42,322 nt of DNA from a virus (IMGVR_UViG_3300009104_000041:1-42322), one strand, 5' to 3'; positions 1 through 7,523 are shown, counted from the first letter of the stretch. Notes: a model not told the origin generated them from the sequence alone. Made by a program: numbers and translations.

Positions 1-1
1 A

Positions 2-1609
2 GTAGTTGGCGCAGTAGGTGGAGCAATAGCAGGTCTATTTGGAGCAGAAAATCCATTAGACAAGATGTTGAAGTTCCAAGCATATGCATTTGATACTGAA
101 AAAATTAAAACAAATGCTGGAGCAGTAAAGGCATATGCAGATGCAATTAAAGATTTCCCAACCGCACCATCAGCGAGCGTATTCACAGCAGCTAAAGATG
201 CTATAATTGGATTACTTGGTGGTAAGACAGATCCATTTGCTCCTATGGTAAAGTTTGGTGCATTAGAATTAAATGAGGCAGGTATTAAAACAAATGCTGG
301 AGCAGTAAAGGCATATGCTGAAGCTGTTAAAGATTTTCCAAGTTCGCCTTCTGCTAGTGTATTTACAGCAGCCAAAGAAGCCATAATTGGATTACTTGGA
401 GGCAATGTAGATCCATTCGCTCCTATGAAATTGTTTGGTGATTTAGTACTTAATACTGAACAGATTAAAACAAACGCTGGAGCAGTGAAAGCATATGCAG
501 AAGCAATGCAGGGTTTTCCTGAGTCACCAGCTCCCGGAGTAATGTCTGCGGCCGCAGGTGCTATAGTTGATTTATTAGGAGGCGATACAAATCCATTTAC
601 TCCTATGAAGAAGTTTGGTGAAGTAAAATTAGACGTAGAACAGATTAAATTAAACGCATCAGCAATGGTAGCATATAGTACAGCAATGGAGAATATGCCT
701 GATGCACCTGCTGCTGGTGTAATGACTGCGGCCAAAAATGCTGTAATTGATTTATTAGGTGGTGATACGGATCCGTTTGCTCCTATGAAGAAGTTTGGTG
801 ACTTGGTATTAAATAAGGAACAAATTATTAGTAACGCAGGAGCAGTGAAAGCATATGGTGAAGTAATTAAAGATATGCCGGCGGCACCAGAAGCAAGTAT
901 ATTGACAGCAGCTAAAGATGCTATAGTTGGATTACTTGGGGGTAAGACAGATCCATTTGCTCCTATGAAAGCATTTGGCGAATTAAAATTAGATGCAGCA
1001 CAAATTGCTATTAACGCCAAAGCTGTAAGTGCATTTGGTGATGCGATGTCAACAGTACCAGAAATTAAGGCAGAACGTAGTGGCGGACTGCTTGGTGCTA
1101 TTGGTAATTTCTTTGGTGGTAAAAAGAAAATGCCATGGGATCAGGTAAAGGCTTTTGCTGATGCTGATATGGGCGATGCTGCCAAGTTAAAATCAAACGC
1201 TGAATCATTAACCGCATTTGGTAAAAGTTTAGCTGGGTTATCAGGAATACCTACTGATATAGAAGCTAGATTAAAAGGTCTTGGTAATGGGTTAGAAGAA
1301 TTTGCAGACTATATAAATGACGGTGAAATTAGAACAATAACCCAGTTTGCTACTGCGATGGCTAAATTTCCAATTGGTACGTTCACAGGTAAAATAAGCG
1401 GCCCAGACACCACAAAGGCTGGTAAGGATTTTGATATGAATACTGTTAGAATGACAGCTGCTAATGTTGTTATTGACGCAACTGGCGGTGGTGGTTCTGT
1501 TACCAATGTTATTAGTGCTCCTAATATCAATCAGGCCACAGCTAATACTAAAGTAGAAGCTGCTATCGGTGTAACTGATCCGTTTACAAATGCAGCTAGA
1601 GCATATTAA
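2..1609 (+). CDS. Ala/Gly-rich protein with tandem 60-aa repeats, 5'-truncated by the window; possible tape-measure/baseplate-associated tail protein
   Basis: The frame is open from position 2 (VVGAVGGAIAGLFGAENPLDKML...), so the ATG at 65 is probably internal. It has a clear 180-nt period and lies directly upstream of a baseplate-hub-like gene. Confidence 0.6.
   Translation, partial: VVGAVGGAIAGLFGAENPLDKMLKFQAYAFDTEKIKTNAGAVKAYADAIKDFPTAPSASVFTAAKDAIIGLLGGKTDPFAPMVKFGALELNEAGIKTNAGAVKAYAEAVKDFPSSPSASVFTAAKEAIIGLLGGNVDPFAPMKLFGDLVLNTEQIKTNAGAVKAYAEAMQGFPESPAPGVMSAAAGAIVDLLGGDTNPFTPMKKFGEVKLDVEQIKLNASAMVAYSTAMENMPDAPAAGVMTAAKNAVIDLLGGDTDPFAPMKKFGDLVLNKEQIISNAGAVKAYGEVIKDMPAAPEASILTAAKDAIVGLLGGKTDPFAPMKAFGELKLDAAQIAINAKAVSAFGDAMSTVPEIKAERSGGLLGAIGNFFGGKKKMPWDQVKAFADADMGDAAKLKSNAESLTAFGKSLAGLSGIPTDIEARLKGLGNGLEEFADYINDGEIRTITQFATAMAKFPIGTFTGKISGPDTTKAGKDFDMNTVRMTAANVVIDATGGGGSVTNVISAPNINQATANTKVEAAIGVTDPFTNAARAY
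98..1180 (+). repeat. Coding tandem repeat, 180-nt unit, about 5 well-conserved units plus degenerate flanks
   Basis: agcagt(a/g)aa(a/g)gcatatg recurs at 121, 301, 481 and 841 (variant at 661). tcctatg recurs at 241, 421, 601, 781 and 961. Confidence 0.95.
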
Positions 1610-1611
1610 AG

Positions 1612-3132
1612 ATGGCTATAAGGTCCACAGTAGAGAGCGATTTACTTAATAATTGTGATACGGCTGATAGTAATTCTCCCGGCAAATATAGATTAGATGA
1701 TGCTTCTATAGAGTATGGTGGTATAGGGCATGACATAGGGGCTTATATTCAAAAAATATATATTTTTGAAGAAATGGACAAGTTTGGTATTACTGGTTGG
1801 ATAGAAATGTTAGATACTGATAATCTAGTCAGTGGATTTGACGAACATAAGATAGTTGGGCAAGAGCTGTTACGTTTTAAATTTAGAACGCACGGTTCTC
1901 ATCTGCCAGTGGATTTTATGAAGCATCCCATGCACATACATAAGATAGAAAATCTACGACAATATAAAAATTCAGCTGGAGGTGCTAGTGTTGGAACACA
2001 ACAGTATAGACTACATTTTTGTTCACCTGAGTTGTTGAATAATGACCGAATAAGAGTATCAAAAGCGTATATAGGTAAGCGTTATGATGAAATGGTCAAA
2101 GACATATTAGAAAACTATCTTAAAATTAAAAAGGATGTTTGGTTAGAGAAAACAAACGGAAAGTATAATTTAGTTATTCCCAATATGCACCCCTTTGATG
2201 CTATAAATCTTATAGCAAAGAAAGCAAAGAACTCAAAGGGTCATAGAAATTTTAATTTTTATGAATCGGCTAATGGATTTCGCTTTAAAACTACATACAA
2301 CCAATCAGATAGTTCAGCACATAGAGATGCTGATGATGTTCAAATAGAGTATACTTGGTCAGACCAGTTAATAGAAAGGTCTTATGCATCTCAAATGAAA
2401 ACGGCAATAGAACATAAATTTGTACGAACAGGTGATACTTATGCCGGTATTAAAGATGGGATGTTTTCATCTAAATCAATCTATCACGACTCTTACCATA
2501 AAAGATATGAGGTTGATGCTGTCAGATATCTCAAAGACATGGCAGTGATTGGTCCTTTACCCCACATAAAGAGGGGTGCTATATATGTACCTGATGGAAC
2601 TAAATATGAACAACAGGTACCAGAGTTTGAATCAGTAGGGTATGATGAATTTCCTGATAGTAGAATATTTTATAGTAGCAGTAGTACAAGAAACGCATGG
2701 AATTATATTACACCTAAAGGTATATTAAGAACAAAGGATCAATTTGATGAGCCATTAGCGGCTAATAATAAAGTAATGCAACAGGCACATGATAGATATT
2801 TACAAATACATATAGAAGTATATGGATTATCTGGGTTACAAGTTGGAGATGGTATACTATTAAAAGTACCATTTCAAGGTTCACAAAAGTCTAGTATAAT
2901 ATACGATAATAGATGGACTGCTACAGGAGCTTATTATATTACTAAATTAGTTCATAAAATAGATTTACGAGCAAGTGATCCAAACTATAAGATGGATTTG
3001 ATATTGTGTCCTAAAAATGCTGGTAGAGCATTATTACCTAGTAATGGAAACCATGCAGGTGTTAGTGATAAACGTCAAGGAAAAATACAAGATTTTAGTA
3101 CAAAATTGGAGAGAATGCAGGAGGCAGATTAA
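1612..3132 (+). CDS. Baseplate hub-like tail protein (gp27-like, as in marine T4-like phages)
   Basis: N-terminal IYIFEE...ITGWIEMLDTDNL..IVGQE, IPNMHPFDAINLIA, FNFYES..GFRFK and C-terminal GAYYITKLVHKI pattern; tail-gene context. Confidence 0.6.
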   Translation: MAIRSTVESDLLNNCDTADSNSPGKYRLDDASIEYGGIGHDIGAYIQKIYIFEEMDKFGITGWIEMLDTDNLVSGFDEHKIVGQELLRFKFRTHGSHLPVDFMKHPMHIHKIENLRQYKNSAGGASVGTQQYRLHFCSPELLNNDRIRVSKAYIGKRYDEMVKDILENYLKIKKDVWLEKTNGKYNLVIPNMHPFDAINLIAKKAKNSKGHRNFNFYESANGFRFKTTYNQSDSSAHRDADDVQIEYTWSDQLIERSYASQMKTAIEHKFVRTGDTYAGIKDGMFSSKSIYHDSYHKRYEVDAVRYLKDMAVIGPLPHIKRGAIYVPDGTKYEQQVPEFESVGYDEFPDSRIFYSSSSTRNAWNYITPKGILRTKDQFDEPLAANNKVMQQAHDRYLQIHIEVYGLSGLQVGDGILLKVPFQGSQKSSIIYDNRWTATGAYYITKLVHKIDLRASDPNYKMDLILCPKNAGRALLPSNGNHAGVSDKRQGKIQDFSTKLERMQEAD

Positions 3133-3527
3133 TGTATGAGTATAGAGCGAAAGTTGAGAAGGTCGTGGATGGTGATACTATGGACCTGTCTATTGATTTG
3201 GGGTTTGATATACATTATGCTAGCAGAGTAAGATTACTGGGTATAGATACACCAGAAAGTAGAACAAGAAATTTAGAAGAAAAGAAAAGAGGTTTAGCAG
3301 CAAAAGATAGAGTATTAGAATTATGTCCTGTTGGTTCTACTGTAACATTAAAAACTTCTAAAGATGGTAAGGGGAAGTTTGGACGAATACTGGGCTCGAT
3401 ATATCCTGATGATGAGGTTGATAGTTTGAATGATATCCTTGTAAATGAAGGTCATGCAGTAGAATACTTTGGTGGTAAAAAGCCTAAAAAAGTTTTTGCT
3501 GAAGATATACCTAAGGGTCCTTTATAA
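3132..3527 (+). CDS. Thermonuclease (SNase)-like nuclease
   Basis: MYEY..KVVDGDT.D..IDLGF, RVRLLGIDTPESRT and KGKFGRILG motifs. Confidence 0.9.
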   Translation: MYEYRAKVEKVVDGDTMDLSIDLGFDIHYASRVRLLGIDTPESRTRNLEEKKRGLAAKDRVLELCPVGSTVTLKTSKDGKGKFGRILGSIYPDDEVDSLNDILVNEGHAVEYFGGKKPKKVFAEDIPKGPL

Positions 3528-3535
3528 TATAAATA
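3528..3535 (+). promoter_or_regulatory. T4-type late promoter TATAAATA
   Basis: Exact consensus in an intergenic gap upstream of the gene at 3564. Confidence 0.75.
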
Positions 3536-3563
3536 GTAAATAAAAGTTTATTGGAGAATTATA

Positions 3564-4022
3564 ATGGCATTAGCAAATACAAAACAACCTTTACACGATA
3601 ATCCAGATTGGACTTGGCCGGGTGGAAATCCAGCTGATCCAATGAACAACCAGTATGATGAAATGCACGAAGCTACTTATGTAGGTGAAGTTGCAGGAGG
3701 CGAACGGGATCATCTTGGCCAAGAAATGCCTCATGGTACTGGAGAAATGAAAATGGCTAATGGCGTGGTGAGTTCGGGTACTTGGGTACATGGATGGATT
3801 CAAGAGGGTACTTGGACAGATTCATTAGCTGATGCAAAAGCATCTGCTGAACCTGGTATCAAAATTTGGAAAACATATACAGGCACTTATCAGAATGGAC
3901 ATCCACATAATGGTACTGCTACTTTTACAGATGGATCTACTGCTAGTGTTACTGCTGGCGAATGTGGGGTACCAGAACAAGTACATGATGGCGATACTAA
4001 TGAAATAAGAGCAGATTTATAA
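3564..4022 (+). CDS. Hypothetical protein with MORN-like repeats
   Basis: GGAG RBS; segments YVGEV...PHGTGEMKMANG..SSGTWVHG and TYTGTYQNGHPHNGTATFTDG resemble MORN units. Confidence 0.6.
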   Translation: MALANTKQPLHDNPDWTWPGGNPADPMNNQYDEMHEATYVGEVAGGERDHLGQEMPHGTGEMKMANGVVSSGTWVHGWIQEGTWTDSLADAKASAEPGIKIWKTYTGTYQNGHPHNGTATFTDGSTASVTAGECGVPEQVHDGDTNEIRADL

Positions 4023-4157
4023 TTGAAAAAGGTAAAACAATTTAATAAACCAGAGCCTATAAAGAAACGCACTTCTATAGGACAATCTGTACGGTCTAGA
4101 CCCAAAAATAAGAATAAGCGACGACAACATAAAAAATATAGGGGTCAGGGAAAATAG
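4023..4157 (+). CDS. Small basic protein (44 aa, TTG start)
   Basis: Manual translation: MKKVKQFNKPEPIKKRTSIGQSVRSRPKNKNKRRQHKKYRGQGK. The KK.TSIG...KKYRGQG pattern is recalled from small T4-like phage proteins. Absent from the ORF track. Confidence 0.7.
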   Translation: MKKVKQFNKPEPIKKRTSIGQSVRSRPKNKNKRRQHKKYRGQGK

Positions 4158-4205
4158 CTGCTGAATTATAGTTATAGAAAACAATATCACCTAGGAGAAA
4201 AGAAA

Positions 4206-4328
4206 ATGGCTTGCGATAATGTAGATTGTAATTGTGAGAATTGTACTTGTGATCCTTGTGTATGTACACCAGAAAATCCATGTGGTTGTAATACAGACCA
4301 CAGCAACGATTGGAAGGGCGTTGTCTAA
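4206..4328 (+). CDS. Metallothionein-like Cys-rich peptide (40 aa)
   Basis: Manual translation: MACDNVDCNCENCTCDPCVCTPENPCGCNTDHSNDWKGVV, with 9 Cys and four CxC motifs. AGGAG RBS upstream. Confidence 0.75.
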   Translation: MACDNVDCNCENCTCDPCVCTPENPCGCNTDHSNDWKGVV

Positions 4329-4331
4329 AGG

Positions 4332-4360
4332 TTGACAAAGCCATAACCATATGTTAGGAT
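4332..4360 (+). promoter_or_regulatory. sigma70-type promoter (TTGACA-17-TAGGAT)
   Basis: Perfect -35 box and 17-nt spacer; the ATG lies 6 nt after the -10 box. Confidence 0.75.
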
Positions 4361-4366
4361 GGAACA

Positions 4367-4540
4367 ATGGCAAAAACTTATAGAATAGTCAAATTAGTAT
4401 CCGAAGAGGACACAGGATACTTTTACACAACAAAGAAACCTGGTAAGGGTGCTGGCGCATCTGATAAATTACGTTTGCGCAAATACGATCCAGTGATACA
4501 AAAACATTGCTGGTTTAAGGAAGTAAGGAAATTAAAGTAA
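4367..4540 (+). CDS. rpmG: 50S ribosomal protein bL33, Zn-ribbon-less type (57 aa)
   Basis: Manual translation: MAKTYRIVKLVSEEDTGYFYTTKKPGKGAGASDKLRLRKYDPVIQKHCWFKEVRKLK. This matches the L33 signature KLVS...TG.FY.T.K...KL...KYDPV..KH..FKE. Absent from the ORF track. Confidence 0.92.
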   Translation: MAKTYRIVKLVSEEDTGYFYTTKKPGKGAGASDKLRLRKYDPVIQKHCWFKEVRKLK

Positions 4541-4707
4541 TGACAACAAGTGAGCGAAAGCAGAAGATGGATCATATGATGACGCTTATGGAAGAGATAG
4601 TTATCATATCAGAAAGGTTCATGCCTCACGATACAGGGCATTTACATACAGCTGTAAATGTGTTGCAGAGTAGGGTTGATGAATTAAGAGAAGAATTAAG
4701 TAAATGA
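4540..4707 (+). CDS. Hypothetical protein (55 aa)
   Basis: TAATG coupling to rpmG; MTTSERKQKMDHMMTLMEEIVIISERFMPHDTGHLHTAVNVLQSRVDELREELSK. Confidence 0.7.
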   Translation: MTTSERKQKMDHMMTLMEEIVIISERFMPHDTGHLHTAVNVLQSRVDELREELSK

Positions 4708-4716
4708 GAAAACAAA

Positions 4717-4830
4717 ATGAAAACCCTCCGCAGATGGAGTCCCTATGCCGTGAAGGCATATTTGGTATATTCAGTTATACTGGACGCTTCTATCGTAGGG
4801 ACAGCAATATGGTACTTCTTCATACGGTAA
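4717..4830 (+). CDS. Small membrane protein (37 aa)
   Basis: MKTLRRWSPYAVKAYLVYSVILDASIVGTAIWYFFIR; fills the gap and ends 1 nt before the next ATG. Confidence 0.55.
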   Translation: MKTLRRWSPYAVKAYLVYSVILDASIVGTAIWYFFIR

Positions 4831-4831
4831 A

Positions 4832-5167
4832 ATGATTACTGTTACCGAAGATGCAATTAACCAAATGAACTCCATTCTGGAAAGGAATGGGGATGCTGCT
4901 GTGCGTTATGAATTGAAGGGTGGTGGTTGTGGTGGTATTATAGCTGAATGGAAATCAGAGCCTCACTACGAGCCAGAACAGGGTGAACAGACATGGCCAT
5001 TAGCTAACGGCGTATTTGTTATGGATGAGTTTACAAAAGATTTTATTGATGGAGGAACGGTGAATTATGACCTGTCCAACTTTATGCCTAATTTTATAGT
5101 GAGTGTACCAGGCAAGGGTCAATGTGGTTGTGGGTCATCGTTTGTATTATCGGAGCCAGATTCATGA
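4832..5167 (+). CDS. A-type Fe-S cluster carrier (HesB/IscA/SufA/ErpA family)
   Basis: MITVTEDA start, GGGCGG motif and C-terminal CGCGSSF; all three conserved Cys are present. Confidence 0.9.
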   Translation: MITVTEDAINQMNSILERNGDAAVRYELKGGGCGGIIAEWKSEPHYEPEQGEQTWPLANGVFVMDEFTKDFIDGGTVNYDLSNFMPNFIVSVPGKGQCGCGSSFVLSEPDS

Positions 5168-5550
5168 AAACATTTCAACAATATACCGAAGCCTGCTGGA
5201 AAGGTTATAAACAGATTGGTATGAAAAAGAAGAATGGTAAAAAAGTACCAAATTGTGTTCCAGAAGAACAAGAAATTGAAGAATCTGAATATGAGGGACG
5301 TAAGGTTAAATTGAATGACCCCATACGTTCTACTGATGGTAAGAAAAAGTTTCATGTCTATGTAAAAAACGAGAAGGGTAATGTTATCAAATTAGGGTTT
5401 GGTGATCCTGATATGGAAATCAAACGAGATGACCCAGCACGTAGAAAGAGTTTCCGGGCCAGACATAATTGTGATGATCCTGGTCCCAAATGGAAAGCAA
5501 GATATTGGTCATGTTGGCAGTGGAGAGCTGGAGCTAAAGTTGATAGTTAA
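5164..5550 (+). CDS. Conserved T4-like phage protein, possibly capsid-internal
   Basis: ATGA overlap at 5164 gives MKTFQQYTEACWKGYKQIGMKKKNGKKVPNCVPEE...FGDPDM.IKRDDPARRKSFRARHNC...ARYWSC. Confidence 0.75.
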   Translation: MKTFQQYTEACWKGYKQIGMKKKNGKKVPNCVPEEQEIEESEYEGRKVKLNDPIRSTDGKKKFHVYVKNEKGNVIKLGFGDPDMEIKRDDPARRKSFRARHNCDDPGPKWKARYWSCWQWRAGAKVDS

Positions 5551-5773
5551 ATTGACAGGAGAATTTGCAACATTAACTGGTAGAGAGACCGTAGAGATAT
5601 ACGGACCTAATACAGTAAAGGGGTTATTGAGTGCATTAGATAATTCTTATCCTAATCATGGATGGGATAATAGTAATGTAGCAATAAATGGAACGATGTA
5701 TGCAAATGCTTGGACTCAACCAATAAAAGAGGGAGATGAGATTGTAATAATGCCCCCTATAGAGGGTGGGTAA
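5540..5773 (+). CDS. MoaD/ThiS-family ubiquitin-like sulfur carrier (77 aa)
   Basis: TTG start with GGAG RBS; beta-grasp pattern VAING...IKEGDEIVIMPPIEGG ending in a C-terminal di-Gly. Confidence 0.88.
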   Translation: MIVKLTGEFATLTGRETVEIYGPNTVKGLLSALDNSYPNHGWDNSNVAINGTMYANAWTQPIKEGDEIVIMPPIEGG

Positions 5774-6168
5774 TGAACGAACGCAAAGGACATTCTCAAG
5801 ATGGTACAGGCCCAGGTGAGTTTGGACCAGAACCATCAGAGACTACACCAAACTATTCAGACCGTAAGATGTACCATATGAAACGAGCACCACATCGTCA
5901 ACAAGCTTGGAATGAACAGCAAATGAAAAAGTTAGATGAACAAGGTAGACATCGTTCCGAGTGGGCATACTCACCATATGATGGTAGACAGGATGGTGAG
6001 ATACCACATGGAGCAGGATACCAAGAGATGCCACGCCGAAGTCCATATCCATCCCATGTGATAGATGAGTATATGGCGCCCATTAAACGCTCACGAAAAA
6101 CTCCCCTTACAAAGGAAGAACTAGAGTATCGACATGAGGCATTAAAAAATGCAAGTAACAGTAACTGA
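5773..6168 (+). CDS. Hypothetical protein
   Basis: Translationally coupled (TAATG) 131-aa ORF; no recognisable motif. Confidence 0.65.
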   Translation: MNERKGHSQDGTGPGEFGPEPSETTPNYSDRKMYHMKRAPHRQQAWNEQQMKKLDEQGRHRSEWAYSPYDGRQDGEIPHGAGYQEMPRRSPYPSHVIDEYMAPIKRSRKTPLTKEELEYRHEALKNASNSN

Positions 6169-6487
6169 TGCAGCACAAGAAAAGATTACTAATATGTGTG
6201 ATGAGAATGCTATGGTAGGCGTTAGAGCGTATGTATATGGAGGTGGGTGTGCTGGTATGCAACACGGCCTCACTTTTGTAGACATAATAGAAGAACGGGA
6301 TACGGAAGTAGCAACCAACTTTTATATTGATCCTGTTGCACTATCATATCTAGATGGTGCAACAATAGATTATGACGAGTCGGGCATGAGCCCAACATTT
6401 GTATTCAATGATGTATTCAAACACCAAGGCGGTACAGGATTGTGCGGAGGCTGTGGAGCAGCTACCGGACCAGGATACGGCCACTAA
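6149..6487 (+). CDS. Second A-type Fe-S carrier (ErpA/IscA-like) with a variant C-terminus
   Basis: MQVTVTDAA, VR.YV.GGGCAG and IDP..LSYLDGATIDY motifs; ends LCGGCGAATGPGYGH. Confidence 0.85.
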   Translation: MQVTVTDAAQEKITNMCDENAMVGVRAYVYGGGCAGMQHGLTFVDIIEERDTEVATNFYIDPVALSYLDGATIDYDESGMSPTFVFNDVFKHQGGTGLCGGCGAATGPGYGH

Positions 6488-6502
6488 TAAAGGAGAAACC
6501 TT

Positions 6503-6709
6503 ATGAGTACTACTGGAAAGATAATCGAAGATGCAACAAATCAACTTAACCGCCTAGTAGACAAACATAAGAAGCTCCACACCGAAATAGAACATTGTCA
6601 ATATTATGCTCCAGACGCTGAATTGACTGACTTAAAAAAACAGAAGCTCAGATTAAAGGATGAGATTGAACACCTCAGGACGTCCCTACAGAATCTCGCT
6701 ACTCAATAA
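6503..6709 (+). CDS. YdcH/DUF465-like small coiled-coil protein
   Basis: L...H..L...I....LKKQKLRLKDEI motif; AGGAG RBS. Confidence 0.7.
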   Translation: MSTTGKIIEDATNQLNRLVDKHKKLHTEIEHCQYYAPDAELTDLKKQKLRLKDEIEHLRTSLQNLATQ

Positions 6710-6762
6710 GAAAACACTAATATAAGATACCTCTAATATACCTATAAATATAGAGTATATAG

Positions 6763-6870
6763 AACTTTTTTTGGTTTCCCTTTAAAATCAATGACTTACA
6801 GACGATTAAAAAGTCAATAAAATCAATGGTTTATAACTTTTTTTGCTTTCTCTTTAAAATCAATGACTTA
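6763..6870 (+). repeat. Two 36-bp direct repeats and three IHF-consensus boxes
   Basis: 6763-6798 and 6835-6870 differ at 2 positions. WATCAANNNNTTR matches at 6786-6798, 6821-6833 and 6858-6870. Confidence 0.8.
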
Positions 6871-6875
6871 TAAGC

Positions 6876-6905
6876 TTGACAAAGGGTCCCTGGATAGAGT
6901 ACCAT
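6876..6905 (+). promoter_or_regulatory. sigma70-type early promoter (TTGACA-18-TACCAT)
   Basis: Followed by GGAC...ATTAAATC, as in the promoter at 13498. Confidence 0.65.
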
Positions 6906-6941
6906 GGACGTATTAAATCAAGTTAATATTAGATAAATCTT

Positions 6942-7280
6942 ATGAACGAAATGACATTTGCCCCAGGTTGGACCCAACAAATCGACACCGATGGTGTCAA
7001 CGAACGGGAAGACCTGGCGTCTTATATCTCAGACACCTTCAAAGCCATCAATGGGATACGTCCCCGATGGTGGGATCTTCGGGAGTGGTCATTAGATGAC
7101 CTCCGTGCCGAAGCCAAGTCCCTTGAGGACGAGGTTGTCGAATCAATCAAACAGGACAAACGTGATGCCCATGAGCGTATGCTTGAGGCAAATCGTGTTG
7201 CCCTTATTCACCGACGGGCGAAGAAACCTCTTCCCCGTACCTTTAAACCTTTTGAAAATCTCAAGGAGATTTTAGTATGA
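6942..7280 (+). CDS. Hypothetical early protein
   Basis: First ORF after the promoter; SD.FK.ING.RPR motif. Confidence 0.75.
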   Translation: MNEMTFAPGWTQQIDTDGVNEREDLASYISDTFKAINGIRPRWWDLREWSLDDLRAEAKSLEDEVVESIKQDKRDAHERMLEANRVALIHRRAKKPLPRTFKPFENLKEILV

Positions 7281-7510
7281 CAAATGACGATTATCTTGGA
7301 AACTTTGGAATGTTCACCCCAGAAGGTGATTTTCTTGTTGAAGGTATCGTGCTTGAGGCAAAAAAGTACAACCACTCTTGGAATGTTGTTCATAACCGAC
7401 TTGAGGTTTTGAGCAAGAGTAAAAAATACGAAGAAGCGACCGACACGATGGTTCGTGAGGCAGTATTTGATGCCGTCGGTTACTCCGATGATACACCTTT
7501 TTACATCTAG
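7277..7510 (+). CDS. Hypothetical phage protein
   Basis: AAGGAG RBS, ATGA overlap; FGMFT.EG...EATDT.VRE.V pattern. Confidence 0.75.
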   Translation: MTNDDYLGNFGMFTPEGDFLVEGIVLEAKKYNHSWNVVHNRLEVLSKSKKYEEATDTMVREAVFDAVGYSDDTPFYI

Positions 7511-7523
7511 AAGGAGATTTTAG

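Noticed and set aside
5122-5773. Upstream starts in the ORF track for 5122 and 5399
   Set aside because: They overlap upstream genes heavily; ATG 5164 and TTG 5540 have better coupling, RBS and family-typical N-termini.
6763-6870. Possible CRISPR mini-array (36-bp repeats with a 36-bp spacer)
   Set aside because: There are only two imperfect copies, the 'spacer' contains the same core motif, no cas genes are present, and IHF-like boxes explain the pattern better.
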